Source of the DNA: Bacillota bacterium
GTDB taxonomy: Bacteria > Bacillota > Clostridia > TANB77 > CAG-465
Assembly: GCA_023410645.1 (NCBI GenBank)
Contig: JAEYPQ010000030.1
Coordinates: 11,680-75,679, forward strand
DNA: 64,000 bases
Reading direction: 5' to 3'
Position 1 is the stretch's first letter, and each line of letters starts with the position of its first letter. Positions 1 through 10,443 of this stretch are shown here, in pieces. The notes under the pieces are model-generated. The model was given only the letters and a program-made list of their open reading frames with translations. It did no database searches and was not told the origin of the DNA. Both the position numbers and the translations under genes were made by a program.

Positions 1-1380
1 AAATTATATGTTGCAACAAAGAATTTTGAATTTGAAAATTTGAATAAGGAAATTGAAAAGATTGAAGGCTCAAAAATTCAAAGCAAAGAGGCTATAGAAT
101 CAATAAAAAGTGAAACAAAAATATTATCTGATAATATGAAATTAAATGAAGATAAAATTGAATTAATTGAAAAAGAGATTTTGGAAAATCAGGAAATTGT
201 TGATGAATATGCTAGATTTAATAAAGAAAAAGAAAAGACAATTGATTTTTTGAATGAAGATATAGTTAATTTAAAAATATCTCTATCTTCATTTGATGAA
301 AGTGTATCTTCAATTGATGAGATGAAAGAAAAAATTAATCAGGATATAACTAACTTTGAAGAGTCAATTATAAAAAAGAAAAATCAAATGAATGTATTAA
401 TGAATTCTATTGAGGAAAATAAAAAACAAATCGAAATTTTAAATGATAGAATTAATTCACAAGATACATTTAAATCTGATTATTTAAATATTACTGAAAA
501 ATTAAAGAACGATAAAGAAGAATGTATTAAGTCTCAAGAAGATATAGAAAATAAAATAATTGAGACAATAAAAAATATTGAAAAATTAAAAGAAGAAAAA
601 TCAAAAATAGAAAATAAAAAAGTAAAATATGATATAGAAATTGAAAACTTAAAGAATAAAATGTGGGATGAATATGAACTTACAATTTCTAGTAGTAAGA
701 AATTACTTGAAAATGCTGCTATTGATGAAAGAAATAATAAAAGTATAAAAGAAAGTGCTGAGAAAATAAGAAAACAAATTAAGGATTTGGGAGAAGTTAA
801 TGTAGGATCAATAGAAGAATATAAAGAAACAAAAGAAAGATATGATTTCATTACAACACAAAAACTTGATTTGGAAGAAACAAAATCTAAATTACAAAAT
901 TTGATTAATAATATGACGACTATAATGAAACAACAATTTAGCAAGCAATTTAAAATTATAACAGAAAACTTCAATGAGACATTTAAAGAATTGTTTGGAG
1001 GGGGAAAGGCTGAATTAAGACTTTCTGACGAAAATGATGTTTTAAATAGTGGAATTGAAATAGAAGTTCAACCACCTGGAAAGAAATTACAAAGTATGAT
1101 GTTACTATCTGGTGGAGAAAGAGCACTTACTGCAACAGCACTATTATTTGCAATACTAAAAATAAAAACGCCACCATTTTGTATATTAGATGAAATCGAA
1201 GCAGCACTTGATGATGTTAATGTTCATAGATTTGCAGAATATATTAAAAAGTATTCTAATAATACGCAATTTATTGTTATAACACATAGAAAAGGTACAA
1301 TGGAAGTTGCTTCTTCTGTATATGGTGTTACAATGCAAGAATATGGTATTTCGAAAGTTGTATCAATGAAATTGAAATAA
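1..1380 (+). CDS. smc: Chromosome segregation protein SMC, C-terminal portion (5' end upstream of window)
   Basis: Reading frame is open from nt 1 (no stop before the TTG at 40), so the gene is 5'-truncated by the window edge. Long coiled-coil region followed by the SMC C-terminal ABC head (LSGGERALTATALLFA signature, ILDEIEAALDD Walker B / D-loop, H-loop ITHRKGT). Confidence 0.85.
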   Translation, partial: KLYVATKNFEFENLNKEIEKIEGSKIQSKEAIESIKSETKILSDNMKLNEDKIELIEKEILENQEIVDEYARFNKEKEKTIDFLNEDIVNLKISLSSFDESVSSIDEMKEKINQDITNFEESIIKKKNQMNVLMNSIEENKKQIEILNDRINSQDTFKSDYLNITEKLKNDKEECIKSQEDIENKIIETIKNIEKLKEEKSKIENKKVKYDIEIENLKNKMWDEYELTISSSKKLLENAAIDERNNKSIKESAEKIRKQIKDLGEVNVGSIEEYKETKERYDFITTQKLDLEETKSKLQNLINNMTTIMKQQFSKQFKIITENFNETFKELFGGGKAELRLSDENDVLNSGIEIEVQPPGKKLQSMMLLSGGERALTATALLFAILKIKTPPFCILDEIEAALDDVNVHRFAEYIKKYSNNTQFIVITHRKGTMEVASSVYGVTMQEYGISKVVSMKLK

Positions 1381-1399
1381 TTTTTATAGAGGTAAGAGT

Positions 1400-2644
1400 A
1401 TGCATGATCGTAAAGGGAAATTTGATTTTAATAGTATAAGAAATAGAATATTAAAAGATAAAATGTTAACTAGTGAAATATCTAAATTAAATGTAACTAG
1501 TAATGATGTAGAAACTTATCTTAGCTATTATATTTATAAATTCACTGATATAATTAATAACAATTCAGAATCAATATTAAAAAGTGAAAATAAAGAAGAA
1601 ATATTATCTTTATCCAAACAAAACCTATCAATAATAGGAAATGAAATTTATAAGAGAACAACGTATTTAGATACTTTCATTGAAGAAAATATAAAAGAAT
1701 TTAGTAATTGTAAAATTAAAGAGCTAGATTATATTAATCCATGGCTTATAAAAAAAGAACAATTACTTGACGAATTTAATTGTGACAAAAAAGATACAAT
1801 GCCAATTGAAATATATGCTAAAAATATGCTTTGGAGCAATAGAGCTGCAAAAAGTATTTTTGATGTACAAAATGCTATTGTTGAGAAAGTTTCAAAAAAA
1901 AATAGATTTGATTCTGACACTATAAAAAAAATCTTTAATAATATAAAAATTAATATATTAAAGAATACTGAAGAGTTTGATAAAAATGGTCTAATAAATG
2001 ATTTCTTAATTAAATATTCAAAATATATAGGAAAAAATATTAGTTTAAAAGAATTAGAAAATGAACCTTCTTTTAAAGCAGTTAACCAGTTATTAGATAA
2101 GGTCAAAAAAGGGAAAAATAGTATTAACATTTCAATGAAAGAATTGTACGGTTATATTTCTTGTGATATTTCAAAAGCAAGATTATATACTTCAAAAGGC
2201 ATCTATCAAGATAAAATTGTTGGTGAATACTCAAAATTATGTTCTGAAAAAAAACTAAATGGAATTACTTTATCAAAATTTTCTGATGAGAATTCTATGG
2301 AAAATAAAACGATATTTAATAATATTATAAGATTAAAAATTCCTGGCTATAGTGATACTTTTTCATCACATATGACATCTAGACATATAAGTGACTTAGA
2401 AAAAAAATATAATCTAAATATACCAGACGTCATAAATTTAAGAGAAAATACTACTTATGCACAGTATAAATATAATGATAAACAAAAAAGATATTTTGAA
2501 ATGTTAAGTAATAGGACTTTATTTAGTTCTGACAAAGTTGAAAGAAAATTAAATTTTACCAACTATATGATTTATGATTATAATTCTGAATATTATATCA
2601 GGAAAAATAATAATGAAAGTAGGGATGTTTCAGATGCTAGATAA
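1400..2644 (+). CDS. Hypothetical protein, Lys/Asn/Ile-rich, no recognisable domain
   Basis: 414-aa ORF starting 20 nt after the smc stop, preceded by GAGGTAAGAG. Low-complexity K/N/I-rich composition. It occupies the position where ftsY usually follows smc in Firmicutes. Confidence 0.45.
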   Translation: MHDRKGKFDFNSIRNRILKDKMLTSEISKLNVTSNDVETYLSYYIYKFTDIINNNSESILKSENKEEILSLSKQNLSIIGNEIYKRTTYLDTFIEENIKEFSNCKIKELDYINPWLIKKEQLLDEFNCDKKDTMPIEIYAKNMLWSNRAAKSIFDVQNAIVEKVSKKNRFDSDTIKKIFNNIKINILKNTEEFDKNGLINDFLIKYSKYIGKNISLKELENEPSFKAVNQLLDKVKKGKNSINISMKELYGYISCDISKARLYTSKGIYQDKIVGEYSKLCSEKKLNGITLSKFSDENSMENKTIFNNIIRLKIPGYSDTFSSHMTSRHISDLEKKYNLNIPDVINLRENTTYAQYKYNDKQKRYFEMLSNRTLFSSDKVERKLNFTNYMIYDYNSEYYIRKNNNESRDVSDAR

Positions 2645-2933
2645 ACAAGAATTGCTTAATTTATTAAACAAACAAGAATATGCAAAGATAATTGAATACT
2701 TTTCAGATGAATATAATAGGATTTTAAGAGAATTTTTAAGAATAAACAAATTATCATTTAAAGAAAATTCTAACATGGAAGAATTATTTATGCTTGTTGA
2801 GGAGAATTTCCCAAGATTTTCGGGTCTAATACAAATAATAAGAAGCTCACTAATTGATGAAGATCTATCAACATATGATTCTTTAGATAATTTAATTTCA
2901 AATTATAATTATATAAAAGAAAAGTTGACATAA
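2634..2933 (+). CDS. Small hypothetical protein (about 99 aa), start overlapping the stop of the upstream ORF
   Basis: ATG at 2634 lies 8 nt after AGGGA and overlaps the TAA (2642-2644) of the upstream ORF, suggesting translational coupling. The six-frame ORF opens at 2574. Confidence 0.35.
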   Translation: MLDKQELLNLLNKQEYAKIIEYFSDEYNRILREFLRINKLSFKENSNMEELFMLVEENFPRFSGLIQIIRSSLIDEDLSTYDSLDNLISNYNYIKEKLT

Positions 2934-2998
2934 TACAAAAAATATGTTATAATTACATATAGTGTTAATATACTACATAATAGTGGAGGAATTCCAAT

Positions 2999-3223
2999 AT
3001 GGATAATAAGTTGATTATTTTAATCAATGTTTTACAAGGAAAATTGGGTATGCCTGAAATTAGTTCTATTGAATCATTAATTCTTGAGTATATAAAAAGA
3101 TACTCAAATGAAGATGAAATTGGAACGGTGCTTCTTCAAGAGTACATATCATTATTAAATGAGGGAATGAGTATTGAAGGTTCTAATGAACATATTGATA
3201 AATTGTTAGAATACTTCATTTAA
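2999..3223 (+). CDS. Small hypothetical protein (74 aa)
   Basis: ORF preceded by GGAGGAATTCC. No recognisable motif. Followed by a strong terminator. Confidence 0.3.
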   Translation: MDNKLIILINVLQGKLGMPEISSIESLILEYIKRYSNEDEIGTVLLQEYISLLNEGMSIEGSNEHIDKLLEYFI

Positions 3224-3243
3224 TTTAATTATAGTTTTGATCT

Positions 3244-3276
3244 AAAAAGTCCTGGAAATATTTCCAGGACTTTTTG
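3244..3276. terminator. Bidirectional rho-independent terminator
   Basis: Perfect palindrome AGTCCTGGAAATA/TATTTCCAGGACT flanked by A-run and T-run. Lies between convergent genes ending at 3223 (+) and 3279 (-). Confidence 0.7.
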
Positions 3277-3278
3277 TA

Positions 3279-5651
3279 TTAATCAGTTATTTTTATATTA
3301 TTATCTACAAGATCAATATTAAATCTTTGATTTTCTTTTATATTTCCTCTTAAAAATTCTACTGCAATTAAATCCTCAATATGTTTTTGTATTACACGTT
3401 TAAGGGGTCTTGCACCAAATTTTTCGTTATAGCCAGTTTTTACTATAAATTCAGCAACTTCAGGAGAATATTCAAAAATAATGTGTTTTTCTGATGTTTC
3501 CTTTTGCAACTCTTTTAGCATTAAATCAGCTATTTTTAGCATATCTTCATGAGAAAGTTTATTAAATGAAATTATATCATCAATTCTATTTAAAAACTCT
3601 GGTGCAAAGAATTCTTTCAATGCTTCATTTGTTTTAATTTGCAATTTATCTTGTTCAATTTGATTGTTTGCAAATCCATAACCATCACTTTTAAAATTTG
3701 TTCCTAAATTTGAAGTAAGTACTATGACTGTATGTTTAAATGAAACTGTTTTTCCGTGCGAATCGGTAAGTCTTCCTTCATCTAAGATTTGTAATAAAAT
3801 GTTATATATGCTTTGGTGAGCTTTTTCAATCTCATCAAAAAGAATTATACTATATGGATTTCTTCTAATCTTTTCAGTTAGCTGACCTGCATCATCATAT
3901 CCAACATATCCTGGTGGTGAACCAATAAGCTTTGATGTTGAATGAGCCTCAGTATATTCTGACATGTCTAATTTTATAACAGCATTTTCATTATCAAATA
4001 ATTCGTATGCAAGAGCCTTAACAAGAGCTGTTTTACCAACACCAGTAGGTCCAACAAATATAAATGATGGTGGTCTTTCTATGTTTCTTACATTAGCTCT
4101 TTTTCTAAGAATTGCATTAGATATTGCTTCAATAGCAGTACCTTGACCAATTATCTTCTTATTTAAATTATCTTTCAAGTTAAGTAATTTAGTAGTTTCA
4201 GCTGTTTTAATTCTCATTACTGGAATTTTTGTCCAAAGTTCAACTACTTTTGCTAGGTCATCAAACTCAACTTTTCTTGGTTTGTTATTTTTCTTTAATT
4301 CTTGTAATTCAGTTTCAATTTTACATGTCTCAGCCTTTAATTTTGCTACAATTTCAAAATTAGATACACTGTCACTTCTAGAAGAAGCGACTTTATCAAT
4401 TTCTTCTGTCTGTATTTCAGTCTCAATTTCCTGTTGTTTTTCTTTTATATCATTTAACTGTTTTTCGAGTTTTTCAATTTTAGAAAGATTTACATCATCA
4501 AGATTTACTCTTGCACATGCTTCATCTATCAAATCAATTGCTTTATCTGGTAAAAATCTATCGTGTATATATTTATCAGAAAGGCTAACAGCATCTTTTA
4601 GAATTTCATCACTTAATGTTACTTTATGATAATCTTCATAATATCCTTTTACACCTTTTAAAATTTCAAAACAATCTTTCGCATTTGGTTCATCAACTAT
4701 TATTGGTTGAAATCTTCTTTCAAGAGCTGTATCTTTTTCAATATATTGTCTATATTCTTTTAAAGTAGTTGCACCAATTAGTTGAACAGTTCCATTAGCA
4801 AGAGCAGGTTTTAACATATTAGCTGCATTCATTGAATTATCGTGCTCAAGTCCGCCGACAATATTATGAACTTCATCTATTGCGAGAATTATATTTCCAA
4901 ATGATTTACATTCATCTATTAACCCCTTTATTCTTGATTCAAATTGTCCTCTAAATTGAGTACCAGCAACAAGTGATGTCATATCTACTAGATATACTTC
5001 TTTGTCAACTAATTTTGCAGGTACATTACCATCTGCAATTGCAATAGCCAGTGCATTAACAATAGCAGTTTTACCAACTCCTGGTTCTCCAATTAATGCA
5101 GGATTATTTTTACTTCTACGATTTAAAATTTGAATTAATCTTTGAAGCTCAACTTCTCTTCCAATAACCTTATCTAATTTACCTTCTCTAGCTTTTCTTG
5201 TTAAATTTTCACCAAAAGTATCTAAATATTTAGTTTTTCTATTTTTCTTATTTTTATTACTTTTTGTATTTGTATCTTCTTTTTCGTCTGTATCATTATT
5301 TAAATTTTCATTTTCAATATCATTATCATTTTTCATACTCTTAAATGGAAAGATTCCACCAAGTCCACCTGGAAAAGAGAATCCTCTCTTTTCTGGATCA
5401 CCCTCACCATCTGAATCCACAAAACCATTTAACATTTCTTCAAATTGATTAGACATATTTTCCATATCTTCATCAGACATATTTGTCATTTCCTTCATTA
5501 TATTAGATAAAGGATCAATACCTTGTTTTTTTGCACATTCTACACATAAACCAGTAGTTTCGTTTGTAGATTTACCGTCTTTATCTAATTTGTTTATAAA
5601 TATAACTGCCATATTTTTTTTACATACGGAACATAGCATAATTTTTATCAC
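3279..5651 (-). CDS. clpE: ATP-dependent Clp protease ATP-binding subunit, ClpE-like (Hsp100 family)
   Basis: N-terminal C4 zinc ribbon (CSVCKK...CVECAKK). Two AAA+ modules with Walker A GEPGVGKT and GPTGVGKT, an acidic linker and a middle coiled coil. No Clp_N repeats, so ClpE-like rather than ClpC. Confidence 0.8.
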   Translation of the reverse strand: MIKIMLCSVCKKNMAVIFINKLDKDGKSTNETTGLCVECAKKQGIDPLSNIMKEMTNMSDEDMENMSNQFEEMLNGFVDSDGEGDPEKRGFSFPGGLGGIFPFKSMKNDNDIENENLNNDTDEKEDTNTKSNKNKKNRKTKYLDTFGENLTRKAREGKLDKVIGREVELQRLIQILNRRSKNNPALIGEPGVGKTAIVNALAIAIADGNVPAKLVDKEVYLVDMTSLVAGTQFRGQFESRIKGLIDECKSFGNIILAIDEVHNIVGGLEHDNSMNAANMLKPALANGTVQLIGATTLKEYRQYIEKDTALERRFQPIIVDEPNAKDCFEILKGVKGYYEDYHKVTLSDEILKDAVSLSDKYIHDRFLPDKAIDLIDEACARVNLDDVNLSKIEKLEKQLNDIKEKQQEIETEIQTEEIDKVASSRSDSVSNFEIVAKLKAETCKIETELQELKKNNKPRKVEFDDLAKVVELWTKIPVMRIKTAETTKLLNLKDNLNKKIIGQGTAIEAISNAILRKRANVRNIERPPSFIFVGPTGVGKTALVKALAYELFDNENAVIKLDMSEYTEAHSTSKLIGSPPGYVGYDDAGQLTEKIRRNPYSIILFDEIEKAHQSIYNILLQILDEGRLTDSHGKTVSFKHTVIVLTSNLGTNFKSDGYGFANNQIEQDKLQIKTNEALKEFFAPEFLNRIDDIISFNKLSHEDMLKIADLMLKELQKETSEKHIIFEYSPEVAEFIVKTGYNEKFGARPLKRVIQKHIEDLIAVEFLRGNIKENQRFNIDLVDNNIKITD

Positions 5652-5925
5652 TCCTATTTTAGCAAGTACATAGTTATATTATATTAAATATAACGAGTAA
5701 CATACTTAATAGTATAACATACATTATATTTTTTTACAATAACATTAATATTTATATGTCCATATTATTTGATTAGAAATAATTAAGTATTTTTTATATA
5801 TTAAATCTGTATAATAGATATTCCTTATTTTATAAATGCTTAAATTATATTGAAAATTTAAATGAAAAAAAGTATAATAGTATAATATAGCATTGTGTCT
5901 AAGTGTTATATTAGGAGATGATGTA

Positions 5926-7890
5926 GTGTTAGATAATTATTATACTCAAAAATATACTAGACTTTTAAGTAGACAGTTTAGGAATATACAAGAGGTTACA
6001 GAAGAAATAATAAATTTACAAGCAATACTTAATTTACCAAAAGGTACAGAAATATTTGTTAGTGATATACATGGGGAATATGATATATTTTCTCATATAT
6101 TAAATAATGGTGCAGGAATAATAAAAAGTAAAATAGAAGATGTACTTGGAGATACAATTACTGAATCTGAAATGAAATCTTTAGCAACACTTATATATTA
6201 TCCTGAGGAAAAATTATCAATAATGAAAAAGAATGTTGATGATTTAGATAACTGGTATACAATAATTCTTTATAGACTTATTATGGTAGCAAAACAAGTA
6301 AGTTCTAAATACACACGTTCTAAGGTGAGAAAAGCTCTACCACAAGGATTTGATTATATAATTGACGAACTTTTAAATGTATCAATAAATGGTAAAGATA
6401 AGGATAGCTATTACAAAGAAATAATAAAATCAATAATAGAACTAAAAAGAGCTGATCAGTTTATAATAGCAATTTCTGATTTAATAAAGCGTATGGCAAT
6501 TGACCATCTCCATATAGTTGGTGATATTTATGATAGGGGGCCAAAACCTAAACAAATAATTGATGAATTAATTAAATTTCATAGTTTAGATATACAGTGG
6601 GGAAATCATGATTCAAATTGGATGGGCGCTGCTTGTGGAAATGAAGCTTGTATTTGTAATGTTGTTAGAATATGTTCAAGATATGATAACTTAGATACCC
6701 TAGAAAATGGATATGGAATAAATATAAGACCATTAACAACATTTGCACTTGAAGTATATAAAGATGATCCTTGTAAAGAATTTATTCCAATTACTGTTGG
6801 AGATAATAAATACTGTAATAGTGATAAAGATATTATTTCAAAAGTACATAAAGCTATTACAATAATACAGTTTAAAATTGAAGCAGAGTTAATTAGAAAA
6901 CACCCGGAATATGAAATGGGTAATAGATTGCTCCTAGATAAAATAAATTATAAGAATGGTACTATAAATATTGATGGAATTAATTATGAATTAAAAGATA
7001 AGAATTTTCCAACAATAAATAGTGATAATCCATTTGAGTTAACGCAGGAAGAAAAAGAAGTAATAGCAAGATTAAAAGAGTCATTTATAAATAGTGAAAT
7101 TTTAAAATCACACATTACCTTTTTATATGAAAACGGGGGACTATATAAAATATTTAATTCTAATTTACTTTTTCATGCATGTATTCCTATTAATAAGGAT
7201 GGAGAATTTGAAAAAGTAAAATTATTTGATAAAATTTTATCAGGTAAGGAATATTTAGATTATTTGGAAACCATAATGCATAAAGCTTACTTTAAGGAGA
7301 ATGATGATGAAAATGAATATTTAGACTTTATGTGGTATTTATGGTGTGGTAAGAATTCACCACTTTTTGGAAAAGATAAAATGGCTACATTCGAAAACTA
7401 TTTTTTATATGACTCAGAAATAAAAAAAGAGATTAAAAATCCATATTATACTTTAATAAATAAAGAAGAGATATGTGATAAGGTATTGTTAGAATTTTGC
7501 CTTAATCCACAATATTCACACATAATTAATGGTCATACTCCAGTTATGGAAACAAAAGGTGAATCTCCAATACGTTCTAATGGAAAATTGTTAGTTATAG
7601 ATGGGGGATTTGCAAAAGGATATAGAAATCAAACAGGTAATGCTGGATATATACTTACATATAATTCATATGGATTAGTACTTACTGCAAATGAACCATT
7701 TGAATCTAAGCAAAAGGCAATTGAAGAAGAATTAGATGTACAATATAAAATTGTGGTAAAAGAAAAAGATATAGAGAGAAAAAGAGTAAAAGATACTGAT
7801 ATTGGTGAAAAATTAAAAGATGAAATTGAGGATTTGAAGATTTTACTTGAAGCATATAGATTAGGAATTATTAAAGAAAAAAATATATAA
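5926..7890 (+). CDS. fbp: Fructose-1,6-bisphosphatase class 3
   Basis: Full-length similarity to Firmicute class III FBPase (B. subtilis Fbp/YydE). Shared motifs include ILNLPKGTE, SSKYTRSK.RKALP, DHLH.VGDIYDRGP, IQWGNHD and HIINGHTPV. Start placed at GTG 5926, 8 nt after GGAG (5914-5917); the six-frame ORF opens at TTG 5893. Confidence 0.85.
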   Translation: MLDNYYTQKYTRLLSRQFRNIQEVTEEIINLQAILNLPKGTEIFVSDIHGEYDIFSHILNNGAGIIKSKIEDVLGDTITESEMKSLATLIYYPEEKLSIMKKNVDDLDNWYTIILYRLIMVAKQVSSKYTRSKVRKALPQGFDYIIDELLNVSINGKDKDSYYKEIIKSIIELKRADQFIIAISDLIKRMAIDHLHIVGDIYDRGPKPKQIIDELIKFHSLDIQWGNHDSNWMGAACGNEACICNVVRICSRYDNLDTLENGYGINIRPLTTFALEVYKDDPCKEFIPITVGDNKYCNSDKDIISKVHKAITIIQFKIEAELIRKHPEYEMGNRLLLDKINYKNGTINIDGINYELKDKNFPTINSDNPFELTQEEKEVIARLKESFINSEILKSHITFLYENGGLYKIFNSNLLFHACIPINKDGEFEKVKLFDKILSGKEYLDYLETIMHKAYFKENDDENEYLDFMWYLWCGKNSPLFGKDKMATFENYFLYDSEIKKEIKNPYYTLINKEEICDKVLLEFCLNPQYSHIINGHTPVMETKGESPIRSNGKLLVIDGGFAKGYRNQTGNAGYILTYNSYGLVLTANEPFESKQKAIEEELDVQYKIVVKEKDIERKRVKDTDIGEKLKDEIEDLKILLEAYRLGIIKEKNI

Positions 7891-7894
7891 AATT

Positions 7895-7927
7895 AAAGAC
7901 TTGAAACTTAAGTTTCAAGTCTTTTCT
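7895..7927. terminator. Bidirectional rho-independent terminator between fbp and asd
   Basis: Palindrome AAAGACTTGAAACTT/AAGTTTCAAGTCTTT with flanking A/T runs. It overlaps the asd stop codon. Confidence 0.65.
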
Positions 7928-8906
7928 CTATTAATTTTTCAAGGATTTGAACTGCGTTAGTAGCTGCACCTTTTCTTACATTGTCTGCCACAACCCACAT
8001 GTTAATACCATTTTTTACACTAAAATCTCGTCTTATTCTTCCAACAAATACTTCATCTTTAGTATCTACAAATGTATTTATTGGATAAATATTTCTTGAG
8101 ATGTCATCTAGTACAACTATGCCTTCACTTTTATTTAGTAATTGTTTCAATTCTTCAATATCAAACTCATTTTCAAATTCTACATTAATACTTTCCGCAT
8201 GACAATTCTTAACTGGTACTCTCACAGTTGTAGCTGTTATACTAAGATTAGGTAATCCTAGTATCTTTCTTGATTCTTCAATCATTTTCATTTCTTCTTT
8301 ACTATAACCATTTTCTAAAAATACATCAATATGTGGCAAACAATTATTGTATATTTTATATGGAAATTTTTCGGGTTCTAAACCTCTTGTGGTGTTTTCT
8401 AAATCATTTATGCCTTTCATTCCGGCACCAGATACTGCCTGATATGTTGAATATACTACTCTTTTAATTGTGTATTTATCATCTAATGGCTTTAGTGCAA
8501 CAACTGCCTGTATTGTGGAACAGTTTGGATTTGCAATAATACCATTATTTTTAAAAATCATTTCTGGATTTACTTCTGGAACGACAAGTGGTACATCTTC
8601 CTTCATTCTGAATGCACTACTATTATCGATTACAATACAACCGTTTTTTGCTGCAATAGGTGAGAAAATCTCACTAATTTTTCCACCAGCAGAAAAAAGA
8701 GCATAATTAAATCTATTATTATCAAAAGATGTTTCTGTAAGTTCTTCTACCACATATTCTTTTCCCATAAATTCAGTCTTTTTACCTTTTGATCTGCTTG
8801 AAGCAAATAAAGTATAATTATCTATTGGCAAATTTTTTTCTTCTAAAACTTTTAAAAAAGTTGATCCAACAAGGCCTGTTGCACCAACAATTGCACAATT
8901 TATCAT
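7908..8906 (-). CDS. asd: Aspartate-semialdehyde dehydrogenase
   Basis: N-terminal Rossmann motif AIVGATGLVGS, active-site region NPNCSTIQ, typical length of 332 aa. Confidence 0.85.
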   Translation of the reverse strand: MINCAIVGATGLVGSTFLKVLEEKNLPIDNYTLFASSRSKGKKTEFMGKEYVVEELTETSFDNNRFNYALFSAGGKISEIFSPIAAKNGCIVIDNSSAFRMKEDVPLVVPEVNPEMIFKNNGIIANPNCSTIQAVVALKPLDDKYTIKRVVYSTYQAVSGAGMKGINDLENTTRGLEPEKFPYKIYNNCLPHIDVFLENGYSKEEMKMIEESRKILGLPNLSITATTVRVPVKNCHAESINVEFENEFDIEELKQLLNKSEGIVVLDDISRNIYPINTFVDTKDEVFVGRIRRDFSVKNGINMWVVADNVRKGAATNAVQILEKLIEKRLET

Positions 8907-8997
8907 AAAATGTCACCTCAATAAAATATATGAAATGTCACTATTTTTATGCATGAAAAAGCACGCATGATAAATTTCATCATGTGTGCTCTCTAAC

Positions 8998-9720
8998 TCA
9001 TTTTTGTTCAATGTAGATAAATTGAGTCTTACGGTCAACCCTTCCAATGTAATTTGAACAAAATTGTGGAACTCTTTTAAAGAAAAAAAGAATAGAGTTT
9101 TTAGCAGTCTCTCCATTAAAATAAGTTACGGATATACGCATCTTATCGTTATAAGCAGAAGATTCTAAGATATCATTGATAGTGTAGCTTACTGTACTTG
9201 TTGGCTGCTTTTCATAAAGAGCTTTTAACAGTGATTCAAAAAATATTCCTGAACTCTCTGATAAAAGATTCTTTTTTAAAAAAGCTGTAAATCCGTTTAA
9301 CAAATCAGAATTTAATAATGTGTATATTTCTGATTTTTTTGATAAGTCAAAACCAATGTTGCATAGATCAATGTATAAATCCTGAAGTTCATCTTTTTTT
9401 TCATAAGGAAATATTAATTTATTTACTGAGGCCGCATATACCAGTCTAAACAGATATATGTTAAATTCTAATTTCCTATTATCCAAAATCTTAGATATAA
9501 CCTCAAATATTTTTTGAGAAATTGAATCTGTTTTGAATAATGGCCGGCATACGGTAAAATCACCATGTTTCCCGGACTTTTTGTATAAAGCTTGAACAAT
9601 ATAACTTCCTTCAAATGTTGGCTCATAGCAATTTGATAGAACTGAAATTTCTTCAGAATTGGTATCAATAGTTCTAAAGCCCCTTGTAAAACTTCCAAGC
9701 ATAGTCTTCATATTATTCAT
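8998..9720 (-). CDS. Hypothetical protein (240 aa)
   Basis: ORF with an imperfect hairpin (AGCACGCATGAT...ATCATGTGTGCT) just downstream on the minus strand. No recognisable domain. Confidence 0.4.
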   Translation of the reverse strand: MNNMKTMLGSFTRGFRTIDTNSEEISVLSNCYEPTFEGSYIVQALYKKSGKHGDFTVCRPLFKTDSISQKIFEVISKILDNRKLEFNIYLFRLVYAASVNKLIFPYEKKDELQDLYIDLCNIGFDLSKKSEIYTLLNSDLLNGFTAFLKKNLLSESSGIFFESLLKALYEKQPTSTVSYTINDILESSAYNDKMRISVTYFNGETAKNSILFFFKRVPQFCSNYIGRVDRKTQFIYIEQK

Positions 9721-9834
9721 ATCCTCCTATAAAATTTTTATTGGTCAACGTTAAATATCATAGTTATTATACCATAAAATCTATTTTATGTCAATTTAAC
9801 ATAAATAAGACACTATTATATAATAGTGTCTTAT

Positions 9835-10443
9835 TTATGGATTTACCAATTTATAAAGTATCTCCGGATTTACATATATATTAAAAACTGAAAAGGCAAA
9901 GTTTAAAAAATATCCAACTGCAATAAATAAAGCTACTCTTTTAACTAGTCTTTTTGGAAATAATTCTATTATTTTAAGTAAGAATGGTTGCAAGAAAAAT
10001 ATATAACAAGTCCCAAGTATTCCCCAACCAATAAGTATTGGTACAGTAGTATAATTAAATATTTCTAAAAACATACCATCATAATTCCACATTTCAATGT
10101 TAAAAATATATTTAAACATTAACCCTGATAAAAGTTCAAATGCTCCCATAAATACAGCTGATGTTACAAATGCATAAGGTATATTTATTACTTTTGCTCT
10201 TAAATTATAAAATAAAATATAAAGTATTATAGCACCAAATCCATATATACTGCAAAATGGTCCATATAGCATACCACGATTAGTAAATCTTCCCACAGCT
10301 ACATATACAAATGATACTTCAACAAGCCAACCTATCATAGCACAAATAACAAAGATAAATACCATATCTGTAAAAGATCTTTTTTTGTCATCTATGATTT
10401 CTAGTTTATTTCTATCGATTGTAAGTTTATTCATTAAATTCAC
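9835..10443 (-). CDS. Polytopic membrane protein, possibly DUF1113 / putative ABC-transporter type IV (CmpB-like) family
   Basis: About 5 predicted TM helices. GMLYGPFCSIYG resembles the conserved GP..IYG motif of that family (recalled from memory). Overlaps the start of the downstream rluA-like gene by 17 nt. Confidence 0.4.
   Translation of the reverse strand: MNLMNKLTIDRNKLEIIDDKKRSFTDMVFIFVICAMIGWLVEVSFVYVAVGRFTNRGMLYGPFCSIYGFGAIILYILFYNLRAKVINIPYAFVTSAVFMGAFELLSGLMFKYIFNIEMWNYDGMFLEIFNYTTVPILIGWGILGTCYIFFLQPFLLKIIELFPKRLVKRVALFIAVGYFLNFAFSVFNIYVNPEILYKLVNP

Noticed and set aside
534-974. 146-aa minus-strand ORF inside smc, and similar antisense ORFs at 1729-2130, 3964-4146, 4282-4629, 8270-8706, 12227-12421, 12990-13277, 20757-21293, 23692-23901, 27310-27519, 31838-32035, 33436-34572, 36705-37595, 41240-41797, 44187-44381, 50732-51260, 54882-55085 and 57942-58127
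   Set aside because: Each lies wholly inside, and antisense to or out of frame with, a well-supported gene. Their hydrophobic or low-complexity translations are typical of AT-rich antisense frames, and none has an RBS.
5652-5892. CtsR operator (tandem GGTCAAA heptads) upstream of the clpE-like gene
   Set aside because: No GGTCAAA / TTTGACC heptad repeat was found in the AT-rich intergenic region. Regulation cannot be inferred.
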